A stretch of DNA of 56,491 bases from Octopus bimaculoides (taxonomy: Eukaryota): assembly GCF_001194135.2 (NCBI RefSeq), contig NC_068992.1, positions 10,113,329 to 10,169,819 on the forward strand, in the 5' to 3' direction. The position numbers and the translations under genes were made by a program. How positions within the stretch are numbered: position 1 is the stretch's first letter; each line of letters begins with the position of its first letter. The notes under the pieces are model-generated. The model had not been told where the DNA came from. It saw only the letters and a list, made by a program, of their open reading frames with translations, and made no database searches. This document shows, one piece after another, positions 36,156-47,860 of the stretch.

Positions 36156-37913
36156 TCTATCGATTTTTCTTTTACGCAGTTGTTGCATTGTGGCCATGCT
36201 GGGGTACCGCCTTGAAGGATTTAGTTGTTCAAATCGACCCCAACACCATCATTAAGTATCTATTCACTCATAGTTGTTCAGAAGAGCCGTCATCTTAACT
36301 ACGGACACAACACCGCTAATATTCACCATATAACACTACTATAATACAGTGGCTTCTTCTACAAGTAGTATAAGACTGACTTATATGTACCTGCCTCATT
36401 ACTAGACTGTTACCTGACCTACAAAATTAACCAAGGCTGCTTTTCTGCACGAAAAAAATTATTGTTAAGTGCTGGTTATCATAATATAATATTGAATACG
36501 AAAATGAATTTTTAATAAATGTAAATCAAACATGTAATAAAAAGAAAGTTATTTACATTAATGACATGTTTTTGATGGTAAGCATGTGAATGAAGGCCAA
36601 TATTCAAATTAAATAGTAAAATTATAATAATTAAATATTTAATTAAACAATAAAATGAAGTTGCATTGTCGGAAAGTCAGTCTGATTTTTGGTAAGGGCG
36701 GCGACAATTCCGGACGTGCATCAGTCAATTAGACTCCCTCAATATCTAAATCGTAATTACCAGATCATAGAGCGACATTTATAAGAGGCGGTTCTCTATT
36801 TATAGTTTAAAATAATGACGCGAGAGAATTTCTCAAGGTTTCTCTTGCATAAAGTACGTATAGTTAGGTAACACCTTACATAGTTAATGTAGTGAACCAA
36901 AAAGAATTTTTAATCAATGGACATTAAAAGAAAACGTCACTACCTTAAATAATAATATTTTTAAAGGAAGGCACGGGAGAGAAATCTGAAATTTAAGTTT
37001 GCTAAAACTTAGAAGGAAGCATGCATTAAAAATTAAATGGCGTTTGTATTAAGTACTTCTGGGGTATGAAAGGCTTAGCTATCACTGACGCGACTCCAGC
37101 TCAGATTATTGTGGAATTAAGCCCATAATATAAGGCATCTGTCATTTCTCTCACTTACGTCACCTTACAGGAAAATCATCAACTTAAATTCTGCTGATCA
37201 TACTCAGAATATGAAAATGTTCGACTTTGAAAGTTCGTCAGATGTTAGGTGTTAGATAAGAGTTATTTTCCTTGTGAGCAAATTTAATCTAGAGAATGAA
37301 TACTTCGTAATAAAAGATTATGAAGACAAATTTTATTTTTACCTTAAAATATGAAGTTAATGACTAAGAAGAAATAGTGTGATGGAACATAGAAAAACGA
37401 TATTTCTTAGCTTAAAAGGGGAATGTTGTGATAGTGGTCATTTTCTGTTTGGTTTTTAATATTCATTTATGGAAAGAAATAACTTTATTATCGTATTGTT
37501 TGATGACTACACCGAGATATCGATTTCAGCATTGCAGTAATGATTCGAAGCTTTTGCTTCAACTGAGTAAACAGAAGTCATTGAAATAGAGTGGGAGGTT
37601 ACACACCGTATAGAAACATGACAAAAGTGATGGAGGCTTCTCGTAGGGAAGCGTGAATCGTTAATAGATAGGATTCAAACATGGCTGTCATACAAAGCTT
37701 TGAGAATATTCTTAGTGTGTGTGCGTTTGTAAATCAAGTGTCAATCAATCAATTCGCAAGATTTAAATGGTTTCGTATTACTATAACTATAACAATATGT
37801 GTGTGTGTATGTGTGCATTTGTATATATATATATATATTTATATATGTACAAATATAAGCATATATATATGTATGCACATACATACATACATACATACAT
37901 ACAATATACATAT

Positions 37914-37944
<31 letters not shown>

Positions 37945-37945
37945 C

Positions 37946-37984
<39 letters not shown>

Positions 37985-38589
37985 NNNNNNNNNNNNNNNN
38001 NNNNNNNNNNNNNNNNNNNNNNNNNNNNNNNNNNNNNNNNNNNNNNNNNNNNNNNNNNNNNNNACATACATATATATATACGTACACATATGTATATATA
38101 CATATGTATATGAATACATATATATATATGTATATACGTACATATATATACATGTATATACACATACATATATATATACGTACGAAAACACCTACGCATA
38201 CATGCACACATACACACAAACAAACACATATACACACATATAAGGAGTTTTTGCCGTTTCAAATACAGATTGTTCTGATTTTCAAAGGATTCCCCATGGA
38301 TAGAATGAATATGCTGCTACTTTTTTATATTCCCTTACGTGTTTAAGTCATTGGACTGCGGCCGTACTAGGGCATCATCTTAAAGAGTTTAGTTGTGAAT
38401 CAGTGTGAAACAAACCCTAACGCAAAGACGCAGACGCACAAACATATACACATATATGTACAGAACGGGATTCCATACAGTTTCTATCTACTAAAAGTGT
38501 GACTCGGTGACCAAAGTGACTTACAATGAGACGGAACTTGAAACCGCATCGTTGAGAAGCAGACTTCTTAACCACACATCCACGCCTGC

Positions 38590-38850
38590 CCTGTGTATGC
38601 CATTATTTTATTTCCAGATTTCTCGCCAGTAGAGAAAGAAACGGTTTCTCACCTAGCGCCAAGCTTCCTTCATTGGAATTTCAACAACATCAACAGGGTA
38701 TTTCCGCATGTATGTATGTATGTATGTATGTATGTATGTATGTATGTATGCAGATTTGTATGTTCTGTTCTATGTGTGTATTCTCATGCATATACTTGCA
38801 TATCTAGAATTAAATGATAAATTTCTGGCAAGTTTTACAGATTTTTATTG
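38590..38850 (-). mobile_element. R4/Dong 3' end
   Basis: Shares CTCATGCATATA..TGCATATCTAGA and GCAGATTTGTATG with 22800-22860, and TTCCAATGAAGGA with 45680-45692. Confidence 0.8.
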
Positions 38851-39798
38851 TTATAGTGGTGACGTTGGAAGCGCAGAGTAAGTTACAACTTTCGTTTGTC
38901 AGCCATATTTGAAATCAAGCAGATCTGCGGCGGGACTGACTAATCACGAGAAGGCATGGATAGAAAGTCAGAAATACCATTGAGAAAGAAGAAGCACAAG
39001 GAGACGGCAGCCATTTGTGAAGATAGAGCAATCACTACACACACACACATTCACTCACTCTCAACACACTCACACACACATACACACACACACTCCTGGG
39101 GTACATGAAAAGGAACATGGAAAGCCTGTTTTATTTACTATTCCCATCATCGCCATCAACCCCAATCGTCATAATTATCATCAATGACAATATCTTTTGC
39201 CAGGAATAGTATTTGTCACATAAGCAACAGAACCGAAGCTTCTTTGGGGAGTGGCTTCGGTTATTTATACTCATTTTGCATATAAATCACGATGGTCTTT
39301 AACTGCTTTAAAACATTTCAGCTTATTGAAAAACATAAATAAAAATTAAAATAAAATAAAATATAGTAAACAAACAACTGCATTCTGGAATCAGTTTCTG
39401 ATTGAACACATGAAGTAAAAATGTTTAATGTAATATTTGAAGCAGATTCTTGGCTATAATTCTTGGTATTACCCTATTTATACCAACCCACCTGAAAGTG
39501 CTCCTGGTTCTCTGATACAATATTTCTGTTTTAAAGCAATTTAAATTAAAGTCTAATCAACATTCTATGCTAATTTATGTTTCAAACACTGCCTTAATCA
39601 TGTCAAATATATATTACTAACTTGTTCCTTGTTTTCAAAATTGATTGAAACAAAAAACACTGTATTTCATCAGAAATACAGTATCAAGAGTCAATACTTC
39701 GATTGGTGCTATCAAATGTCAAAAGTGGTAAATGCAGGATTATATACTCATCTAATGTTCACTTAATCTCTTTACCATTTCAATATTCGTTTAAACTT

Positions 39799-40006
39799 TA
39801 AGGCGGCGAACTGGCAGAAACGTTAGCACGCCGGGCGAAATGCTTACCAGTATTTCGTCTGTCTCTGAGTTCAGATTCCACCGAGGTCGACTTCGCCTTC
39901 CATTTTTTTCGGGGTCGATAAATTAAGTACCAGTTGCGTACTGGGTCGATATAATCGACTGGCCCCCTCTCCCAAACTTTCGGGCCTTGTGCCTAGAGTA
40001 GAAAAG
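39799..40006 (+). mobile_element. SINE family A with 17-bp target-site duplication
   Basis: AATATTCGTTTAAACTT (39782-39798) / AATATTCATTTGAACTT (40007-40023), 15/17 identical; tRNA-like boxes present. Confidence 0.93.
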
Positions 40007-40544
40007 AATATTCATTTGAACTTCTTTTCTATGAATTATAATAAACATATTTAGTCCGGTTTAGCTTCTCCTTTATCTCATTCTTTATTTTTAATTTGTG
40101 TTTTGGGCGGGCTCAGTAAAACAAAAACCAGTCATATTGGAGCGACTATATTTATAGCCATGTACTAAAGATACAAATATTAAGTCTCAGAGGAAAGTGT
40201 AAAAAGTTGTGCTTTAGTTAATCAACATAAATCTTTAGGTGAAAGTGTTTCGTTACAAATACGATTATATGATGGACTTATTTAGTTTTTAACCGTTTTA
40301 GTCAGAGAGTTATTTGCGGTGGGGTGGGCAACATTGGTAAGATAAAGGGAAGAAGTTATCTTCAAAGCGGAGACCTGATTGCTTGCAACAGAGTGACCTT
40401 GCGAAGGGTACTCTATGGACCAACTGGTAGTATCAGACACGGCGACGAATTAAGTCAGGGCTGTCACTCATAACTCAGAACACAAAGAGCCAGAACAAAC
40501 ACCACAACGCCCTAACAATTCTACCAATCCTCTAATCCATTGCT

Positions 40545-40800
40545 ACTAATCCGTATTATCGATCTTGAAAGGATTAAAGGCAAAGTTGACCTCGGCGTTA
40601 TTTGAACTCAGAGCGTAGAGAACGAATACCACATAACGTTTGTCTGGCGCTCTAACGATACAACCAATTAACCATCTCGATTAAATGCATTATGATTATG
40701 ACCCTTCATCTAAATATGACCCTTCGCGTTCTGAATTCCAATCCTGCTGAGGCCAACTTTACTTTTCATCCCTCCCAAGGACCTCAGAGTAAATACTAGT
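40545..40800. mobile_element. Two partial SINE family A copies (minus ~40545-40670, plus ~40725-40800)
   Basis: AAGGCAAAGTTGACCTCGGCG..TTTGAACTCAGA, and GTTCTGAATTCCAATCC..GAGGCCAACTTT. Confidence 0.7.
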
Positions 40801-41552
40801 TATCTACTGGTACCTGCTGCATTGGCTGATATTCTGCCAGTGTTAAAAATCTGTAAAGATCTTTAGATAACAACGATGTGTGATAGATGTAGAAGGGTGT
40901 CACATATAATGCTTTCAGGTAATTTGCTATGTATTCACTTTCTTTTTAACGTTTCGAGTTCAGATTAAGTAAATGTTGACTTCTGTTTTTCACTCTTCCA
41001 AGGTCGACAAACTACACACCAGTCTGTTGTCATCTTGAGCCAATATTTGAAACATTTATTAAGCCTCAGTTAAATATATTTCTACAAAAGAGACATTGCT
41101 ATCTAAAAAGTCAATCACTCGTTTATTGATAAAAAAAAATGGTATTCTGCTAAGCGACGTAAGTATCTCAAACAGACATATTTCACGTTACAACTTTGAC
41201 AAATTAATTGCGTAAAGCAGTTTAAACTACTCTCACCAAGACCATCTTTACGCCGGTGATTCATCCGTTTGTTTGTTTGTTTTTCTCATGCTCAAGAAAT
41301 ATCATTTTGATATATTCCATGTTATATTTCCCGAACGAAAGCATTTGCCCGATGTCATGAGTTATCTTAAAATATATCGTTTCAGATTTAAGTGATATTT
41401 GTCAAAGTGGATATTAAATTAATTGCTAATGTTTTTCACTTGTCATAAATAAAAACAAGAAGTTGTTTCAAAATCGTGCTACAGAAATGCTTTAATTCCC
41501 AAGATGGTGTATAAATATATTTTGAATGGAAGAAAATAAATAAAAGCAATCT

Positions 41553-41571
41553 TTGATGCATAAGCATGAAC

Positions 41572-41627
<56 letters not shown>

Positions 41628-41850
41628 TTATACACACACATGTTTATGCATGTGGGTGTATATATATATATACACATATATATCCACCCACACACACTCA
41701 CATACACATATATGCATGTATACAAGTATATATATGTGTGTGTGTATATATATATATATATAAATATGTATAAATATATATGTACACACACGCATACATA
41801 CATGCATATATATATATATATATTTACCCATATATATGCACGCGCGCGTA
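41553..41850. repeat. (TATC)n plus (TA)/(CA) microsatellite field
   Basis: Directly visible. Confidence 0.95.
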
Positions 41851-42495
41851 TATATAAGGAGATAAAATACAAATGGAAAGCATAATAAATATATTGGTTT
41901 ATTTTTGAGGAAGCGTGTTTTTCATGAAGTTGTAAATGGGACATGTGCTGTTTTTTTATGTGGGTGGTGGAGAAACCTTGCTCCATTTAGTTGCAAATCT
42001 GTACATTATAAGTTCGGATCTTAACAAAGTCGACTTCGACTTTTATAATTCTAAGATCGATACAAAAAAAAGTACGAGACAAATAGAAGAGAAGAGTATA
42101 TGTAATCATTTGCTAATATTCGCTTACATAAGTTTATGTATGTATGTATGTATGTATGTATGTACGTATGTACGTATCTATCTATCTATCTATCCCTCTC
42201 TCTCTATCTATCCGTTTGTATGTCTGTCCGCCTGTCAATCAGTCTGTCTGTCTGGCTGTCTGTTTGCGTGTATGTATGTGTGTGTGTGTTGGATATTTTA
42301 TGCAAAAATAAGAACTCAATACATTGAGTACTGTTTTATTTAAAGCCAGAAACTATGTCAGTGACAGAATGCTCAGGTATTTTTGTAACGCGAAAACATA
42401 CGGATTATGAGGCCCATCCTTACAAGAAAGTTAGAAGAAGTAGAGGATCTGAGTTCACTCCCAAACGATTCTGTCTTATCATTATTACAGGGAGA

Positions 42496-42907
42496 AAGGC
42501 GGTGAGCTGGTAGAATCGTTAGCATGCCGGGCTAAATGCTTAGCGGTACTTCGTCCACCGCTACCTTCTGAGTTCAAGTTCCGCCGAGTTCAACTTAATC
42601 GGGGCCGATTAAGTAGGTACCAATTACATACTAGGGTTGATGTCATCAACCTAGCCCCTCCCCGCAAATTTCAGGCCTTGTGCCTATAATAGTAAGGATT
42701 ATTATAACAGGGAGAGGCGACGAACTGGCAAAATCGTAAACGTGTCGGACAAAATGCTACGCAGCATTTTTTTCCAGCTTTACATTCTGAGTTCAAATTC
42801 TGCCGGGGTCGATAAAATAAGTACCACTTCAACACCGAAGTCGATGTAATCGACAAGCTCCTACCCCATCCTAATTTCAGACCTTGTGCCTATAGTAGAA
42901 AAGATTG
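42496..42907 (+). mobile_element. Two head-to-tail SINE family A copies
   Basis: Heads at 42496 and ~42714, separated by GGATTATTATA; both end in GCCTTGTGCCTATA.TAG. Confidence 0.88.
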
Positions 42908-43554
42908 TTGTAACTGGGTGGTAAATTAGCTGAAGAGGGGGTATTGGCGAACAAAATGTCTTGCGGTAACCCTAAGAGAGGACCAAACCGTTATGGCTTC
43001 ATCTCATTGACGGAGACGCCAAATTTCCCACAAATATCATACAGGAACTTATTTAAAAAAGAAAGTGCATAAAATGTTATCCTGGGTAATTTTGATGGTC
43101 AACTACCGAACTTGTTAGTCAAGCTTCCTGTATTCATTCATTTAACGAGGTCAGTGCAATCAACTGTGTTATGTTCCATTATGAGAAATCATATATTTTT
43201 CATGGTATGCTGTCGGTTGATTGGCCGAAATAGTAGCGTCTGCATAAGTTTTTTATGGTATTTAGTTTCTTCCTTTTGTTAGTCTTAGACCTACTGAGAA
43301 TAATCTGTTCTCAGCTTTTGTTTGGCTTTGATGAAATACGGATAGCATACTGGAACCGATTCGATAAGTTATACTTCTCGCTCTAACAACTTGTTATTTG
43401 TTAACATATGAAAAGTTGAATCAACAGAAGAGCGTCCACCGAAGGAGCCTGTGAGCGAACCGCTAAGTCATCACTCGCCCAGTTAGAAATCTGTCTTCAA
43501 TTCTCCCCCAAATTATACCGGTTCAGGCAACGTCAGGTGTCGAAGTGATCTCAG

Positions 43555-43672
43555 AGCAACTTGAGATGAAATGTTTCAACTAAGGGCACAACGTATTGCC
43601 CGTTCTAGAAATTGAAACCGCGATCTCACGACCGTGAGTGCAACACCCTAACCACCAGGCCATGCGTCCTCA
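43555..43672 (-). mobile_element. SINE family D head (5' part)
   Basis: Reverse complement of ..GTGGTTAGGGTGTTGCACTCACGGTCGTGAGATCGCGGTTTCAATT... Confidence 0.7.
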
Positions 43673-44430
43673 CGTATGGAATGTAAAGTTTATTAAAATA
43701 ACAAATTCTAAGTATACAAGCTAACTCCATGAGATTGACCGAGTTAGAACGCCTTAGATCAAACCAATCTAGCGCTAATCTACAACAAGCAGCAGCAGCA
43801 GCAGCAGCAGCAAGTCTCTTTGTGAATATACTTGTGTGCGTCGAAGTAAAATATCTACGAAATTACGAAATTATGAAATTACTTGAAATTTAAACAATCT
43901 TAATTTTCATCTCCTTGCTTTATTTATTTATTTATAAATTTATTTATTTGGCTATTCATTTCATTATTTATTTAGTTATTTGTTAATTTACAATTCTTGT
44001 TAAGATTCATATGGCTCCTGGAACGCTGTGTTATATCAACCAATCAATGACAGACTTGTTTCTAAGCCAATGAGATCGTTTGGGTGCTTTCTTTTCAGCG
44101 TCAGTGGTTTCCGGAATGAACAATTTTCTCACGATTTTCTTTCTTCGTACCTGTTTTGTTTTTCTCTTATTGTTTTAAATGTATTTTTAAGAATATGTTT
44201 CCCTTCCTTCAAAGTGCACACTTTCTAAACATAAGGAGACAGAGATTTTGCACACATACACTCTCTCACGCATACACAAATATACTTATATACAGACACA
44301 TGCCTTGACATAAATCTTTTCATGATATCTTTTATATGAATCCCTCATGAACTTGCCAACTGGTGTTGGATTACTTGTTCACAGATCGTGAAATCTAATC
44401 TGATAATTATCATTATTATTGTTCCGGCTT

Positions 44431-44580
44431 AGACAGCGAGCTGGTAGATTCATTGAAGCGTTAGCCAAAATACCTCGCGTAATTTCTTCCGGCTCCTTAC
44501 ATTCTAAATTCTAATCACACCAAGATCAGGCTTTGCCTTTTATCCTTCCAGGGTCGATAAAGTAAAGTACTACTTACGTA
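44431..44580 (+). mobile_element. SINE family A, partial
   Basis: CAGCGAGCTGGTAGA head; TTTGCCTTTTATCCTTCCAGGGTCGATAAAG. Confidence 0.75.
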
Positions 44581-44962
44581 TGACATTGGTATCGCAAATA
44601 GCCAGTGGGCTTATTAAGCTTATTAAAAAATAATTATTGCGACACTGGTGCTTAAATAGACCCTGAGATTCTATAATATCGTTGACGGGAGATTTGGTTA
44701 TTATCGCGCTGCTGGACATCTATCACCGAGGAACCCCAGGTAGAATGAAATCATGTGATCTAGCAGTTCTGGCGACCATAGCAGATGATTTTTATCTGTC
44801 AATGATATAATTTCAAGTGCTTTTGTGCACCATGGGTCTTTACGAGAGTTTCCCTCAAGGTAAAAAAATGCAGTATTCTGTGTTCCAACAGAAAATCCAC
44901 CACAAGTTGGAGATTAAGATTACCTTTTGGTATTAATATCGTTTGTGTTGCTATTAATAATA

Positions 44963-45030
<68 letters not shown>

Positions 45031-45574
45031 TCAGGAAGTGGCTCTCATGGCTACTCATTTTAACTAATTCGAAGTGTTAACATTAGTCATCTTACACCGT
45101 ATTGTTTGCAACAATGTTAATTAAGAATCCAATTGATATTACGTAGCTAAACTCTAACAAGTTGACATGGCTGTAAAACTGAGACCAACTTGCATGCTTA
45201 CTCATAACCGGTTAAAACGATCCTTTGGAGTCACGTATTTAGCATTAAGCAGTAAGGCATAGATTTCACATATACTTCATACTTTATTTGTGTTCAACAC
45301 CCATATTGCAATTATATAATTTTACATATAATGTCTATCTTAATGAAACAGCTTTAAAACTTTTATATTCATAAATCTATTACAGAAAAATTAAACCTCT
45401 TCATACTTCCTTGTTCAATACTACTTTTTCTTGCATTCTATATTGTTTTATTTTATATATTTCACTCTCCTCTTTGCCTTCGTAACCTCTCCTAATAATG
45501 GCCTCACCCTGTTATATTCCCATACATGCATACATACATACATACATACATACATGCATACATACATACATACA

Positions 45575-45800
45575 TAAAAAACGCATCCATAAAACAAACA
45601 TACAAATCTGCGCATACACTAACACCAAATACTACACACACACACATATGCACAAATACCTAGATGATGTTGATAAAAGTTCCAATGAAGGAGCCTTGAA
45701 TCTATGTTAGAGTCCGGCTTTTTCTCTATGGACAAGAAATACAGAAATGAAACTGATTGATAACATACATACATACATACATACATACATACATACGTAC
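45575..45800 (+). mobile_element. R4/Dong 3' UTR fragment flanked by (CATA)n on both sides
   Basis: CATACAAATCTGC and TTCCAATGAAGGAGCCTTG match the reverse complement of 38590-38770. Confidence 0.75.
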
Positions 45801-46424
45801 ATGTACTTATTCACACAAACATATAACAGAGTATATACATATACGCACACACTCATTCATACATGCACATTGGGAAATGTGTAGGTATTCGTCAGAATCC
45901 ACACCCTGCTATAATTATTAATAACAATATCATTACATATGGCCATCATATTGAATCACTGGTTATAGGATAAACAAATGTGATTTGGGATTGTAACCAA
46001 TCGGGCAGAACAGCTCAACAGGAGCAGCTGTAAATATAAACATTTCTATTTACAAGTGCGAACAGAAGCATTTTTGCTCTGCAAACATCCATTGATTGAA
46101 TCTCATACAGAAAGGCGCATGATTAATTGCAGTACGGCGCCCACGCTCCGGGTCGATAGCGAAAAGTACATGGTATTTGTAAGGTTATGATAGATTCGAC
46201 TATACTTCTCCCTGTTGTAACATTTATCGCATTTTGATGGCATGAAACATGACTACGTTGTCACTCATACACAAACCCATACGTATATCTCTGTGTGTTT
46301 GTGTGTTTCTACACATCACTGGGTATCTACATGTCTGTGTATATGTCTTCATCACTCTGTTCTTTCAGGATCAATTGAGGATTAATGAAGTCCTTTAAAT
46401 TTTTATTCATTTTTCGACAGCTTC

Positions 46425-46571
46425 TCCTGTTTTGCAACGACGTGGTTTCGGGTTCAGTTCCACTGCAAGGCACCTCGGGCAAGTATCTCCCGTAATTCTG
46501 CTATAGCTCCGGATCCACAAATATTTTGTGCTAGAATATGGACAACGGAAATTGTGTGGAAGCCCGTCGTA

Positions 46572-46590
<19 letters not shown>
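46425..46590 (+). mobile_element. SINE family B 5' half into a gap
   Basis: GGTTTCGGGTTCAGTTCCACTGC..GGCACCTCGGGCAAGT...GAAGCCCGTCGTATG. Confidence 0.8.
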
Positions 46591-46606
<16 letters not shown>

Positions 46607-46826
46607 NNNNNNNNNNNNNNNNNNNNNNNNNNNNNNNNNNNNNNNNNNNNNNNNNNNNNNNNNNNNNNNNNNNNNNNNNNNNNNNNNNNNNNNNNNNNNN
46701 NNNNNNNNNNNNNNNNNNNNNNNNNNNNNNNNNNNNNNNNNNNNNNNNNNNNNNNNNNNNNNNNNNNNNNNNNNNNNNNNNNNNNNNNNNNNNNNNNNNN
46801 NNNNNNNNNNNNNNNNNNNNNNNNNN

Positions 46827-46869
<43 letters not shown>

Positions 46870-46924
46870 CCATACACACATATACATATATATACTTACA
46901 CATACACATATATATCAATTTACA

Positions 46925-47614
46925 GTAAAATATTATCCAGAATCCACAAGACTAGTCAAGCACTTGCAAGACTGAAAGTGAAAGTCCTCCAGCAGAAAGG
47001 CATAAAACTATCGACAAAGCACGATATCTACAAGGCTGTAGTCGTTTCTACTCTACTCTTTGGATGTCAAACATACACCCCATACTGTTGGCACATCAAA
47101 CAGCTGGAACAATTTCACACAAGGGCGCTCCGCAGGATCATTTACTGGCGGGACAGTGTGACAAACCAAGAAGTATTGGACGGAGCTTGCTCAACAAGCA
47201 TTGAGTCACTGGTCTGACAATGTCAACAGAATTTCTGACAACTGTGTATCCAGATAGCTGTTGTATGGTGAGTTCACACAGGGCTCACACGAATGAGGAA
47301 GACCTTAACTGATGTACAAAAACAGTCTGAAAATGGAGCGGCATTAGACCATACGAACTCGAAGCCTCTGCCGCAAACAGATCAGCGTGGAAGTCTCTCA
47401 TCTCGAAAGCAGCAGTTGTTTTCGAAGAAGAACGGCAGCAGAGTCTCGTTACTGCAAGAGAAAGATGTCACAGGGTAGCATCCACCTGAATACAGTCAAC
47501 AGACTGTCGCCGTGACATTTGTGGGTGCTTGTCTGCTTCTAGCTTTGGACTGCGGAGTCACATGTACTTTCGTCGCTGAGATTTTGTCATCATCGGACAC
47601 CGATGAACTACCTA

Positions 47615-47616
<2 letters not shown>
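46925..47616 (+). mobile_element. RTE-BovB-like LINE, 5'-truncated 3' end
   Basis: SRIHKTSQALARLKVKV..KGIKLSTK.DIYKAVVVSTLLFGCQT..KQLEQFH.RALRRI..WRDSVTNQEVL; terminal CDICG....SFGLRSH finger; then 3' UTR and (TA)n. Confidence 0.9.
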
Positions 47617-47653
<37 letters not shown>

Positions 47654-47689
47654 CATGATAGCTCTGTCAACAGAAAACCTAAGGCTGCT

Positions 47690-47860
47690 CTTTGGTCCCA
47701 GCTCAACCCTACTCAAATAGACTCATGATGCTCAAAGGCATTTCAGACATCACCATGCTGTTTCTTTTTTAGGAATTATTTTATCCAATGTTTCCTTTCT
47801 TATAAATGGTAGGATATAGTTGGAGGGAGATTTGGCTGCTATCTTTGAACAGGTCTTCCT
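47690..47860 (-). mobile_element. Family C repeat
   Basis: GAGGGAGATTTGGCTGCTAT is the reverse complement of the family C core. Confidence 0.7.

Noticed and set aside
37218-37242. Minus-strand CTGACGA-ACTT-TCA-AAGT-C-GAAC
   Set aside because: Extra base before GAA, no GAAAC/NUH and no helix I; consistent with chance.
39468-39695. Possible TTAA-type MITE
   Set aside because: Resembles a repeat I recall from octopus DNA, but the TIRs are too decayed and there is no second copy in the window.
44819-44860. 42-nt AG...GT segment open in all three frames
   Set aside because: Mediocre splice sites and no recognisable peptide.
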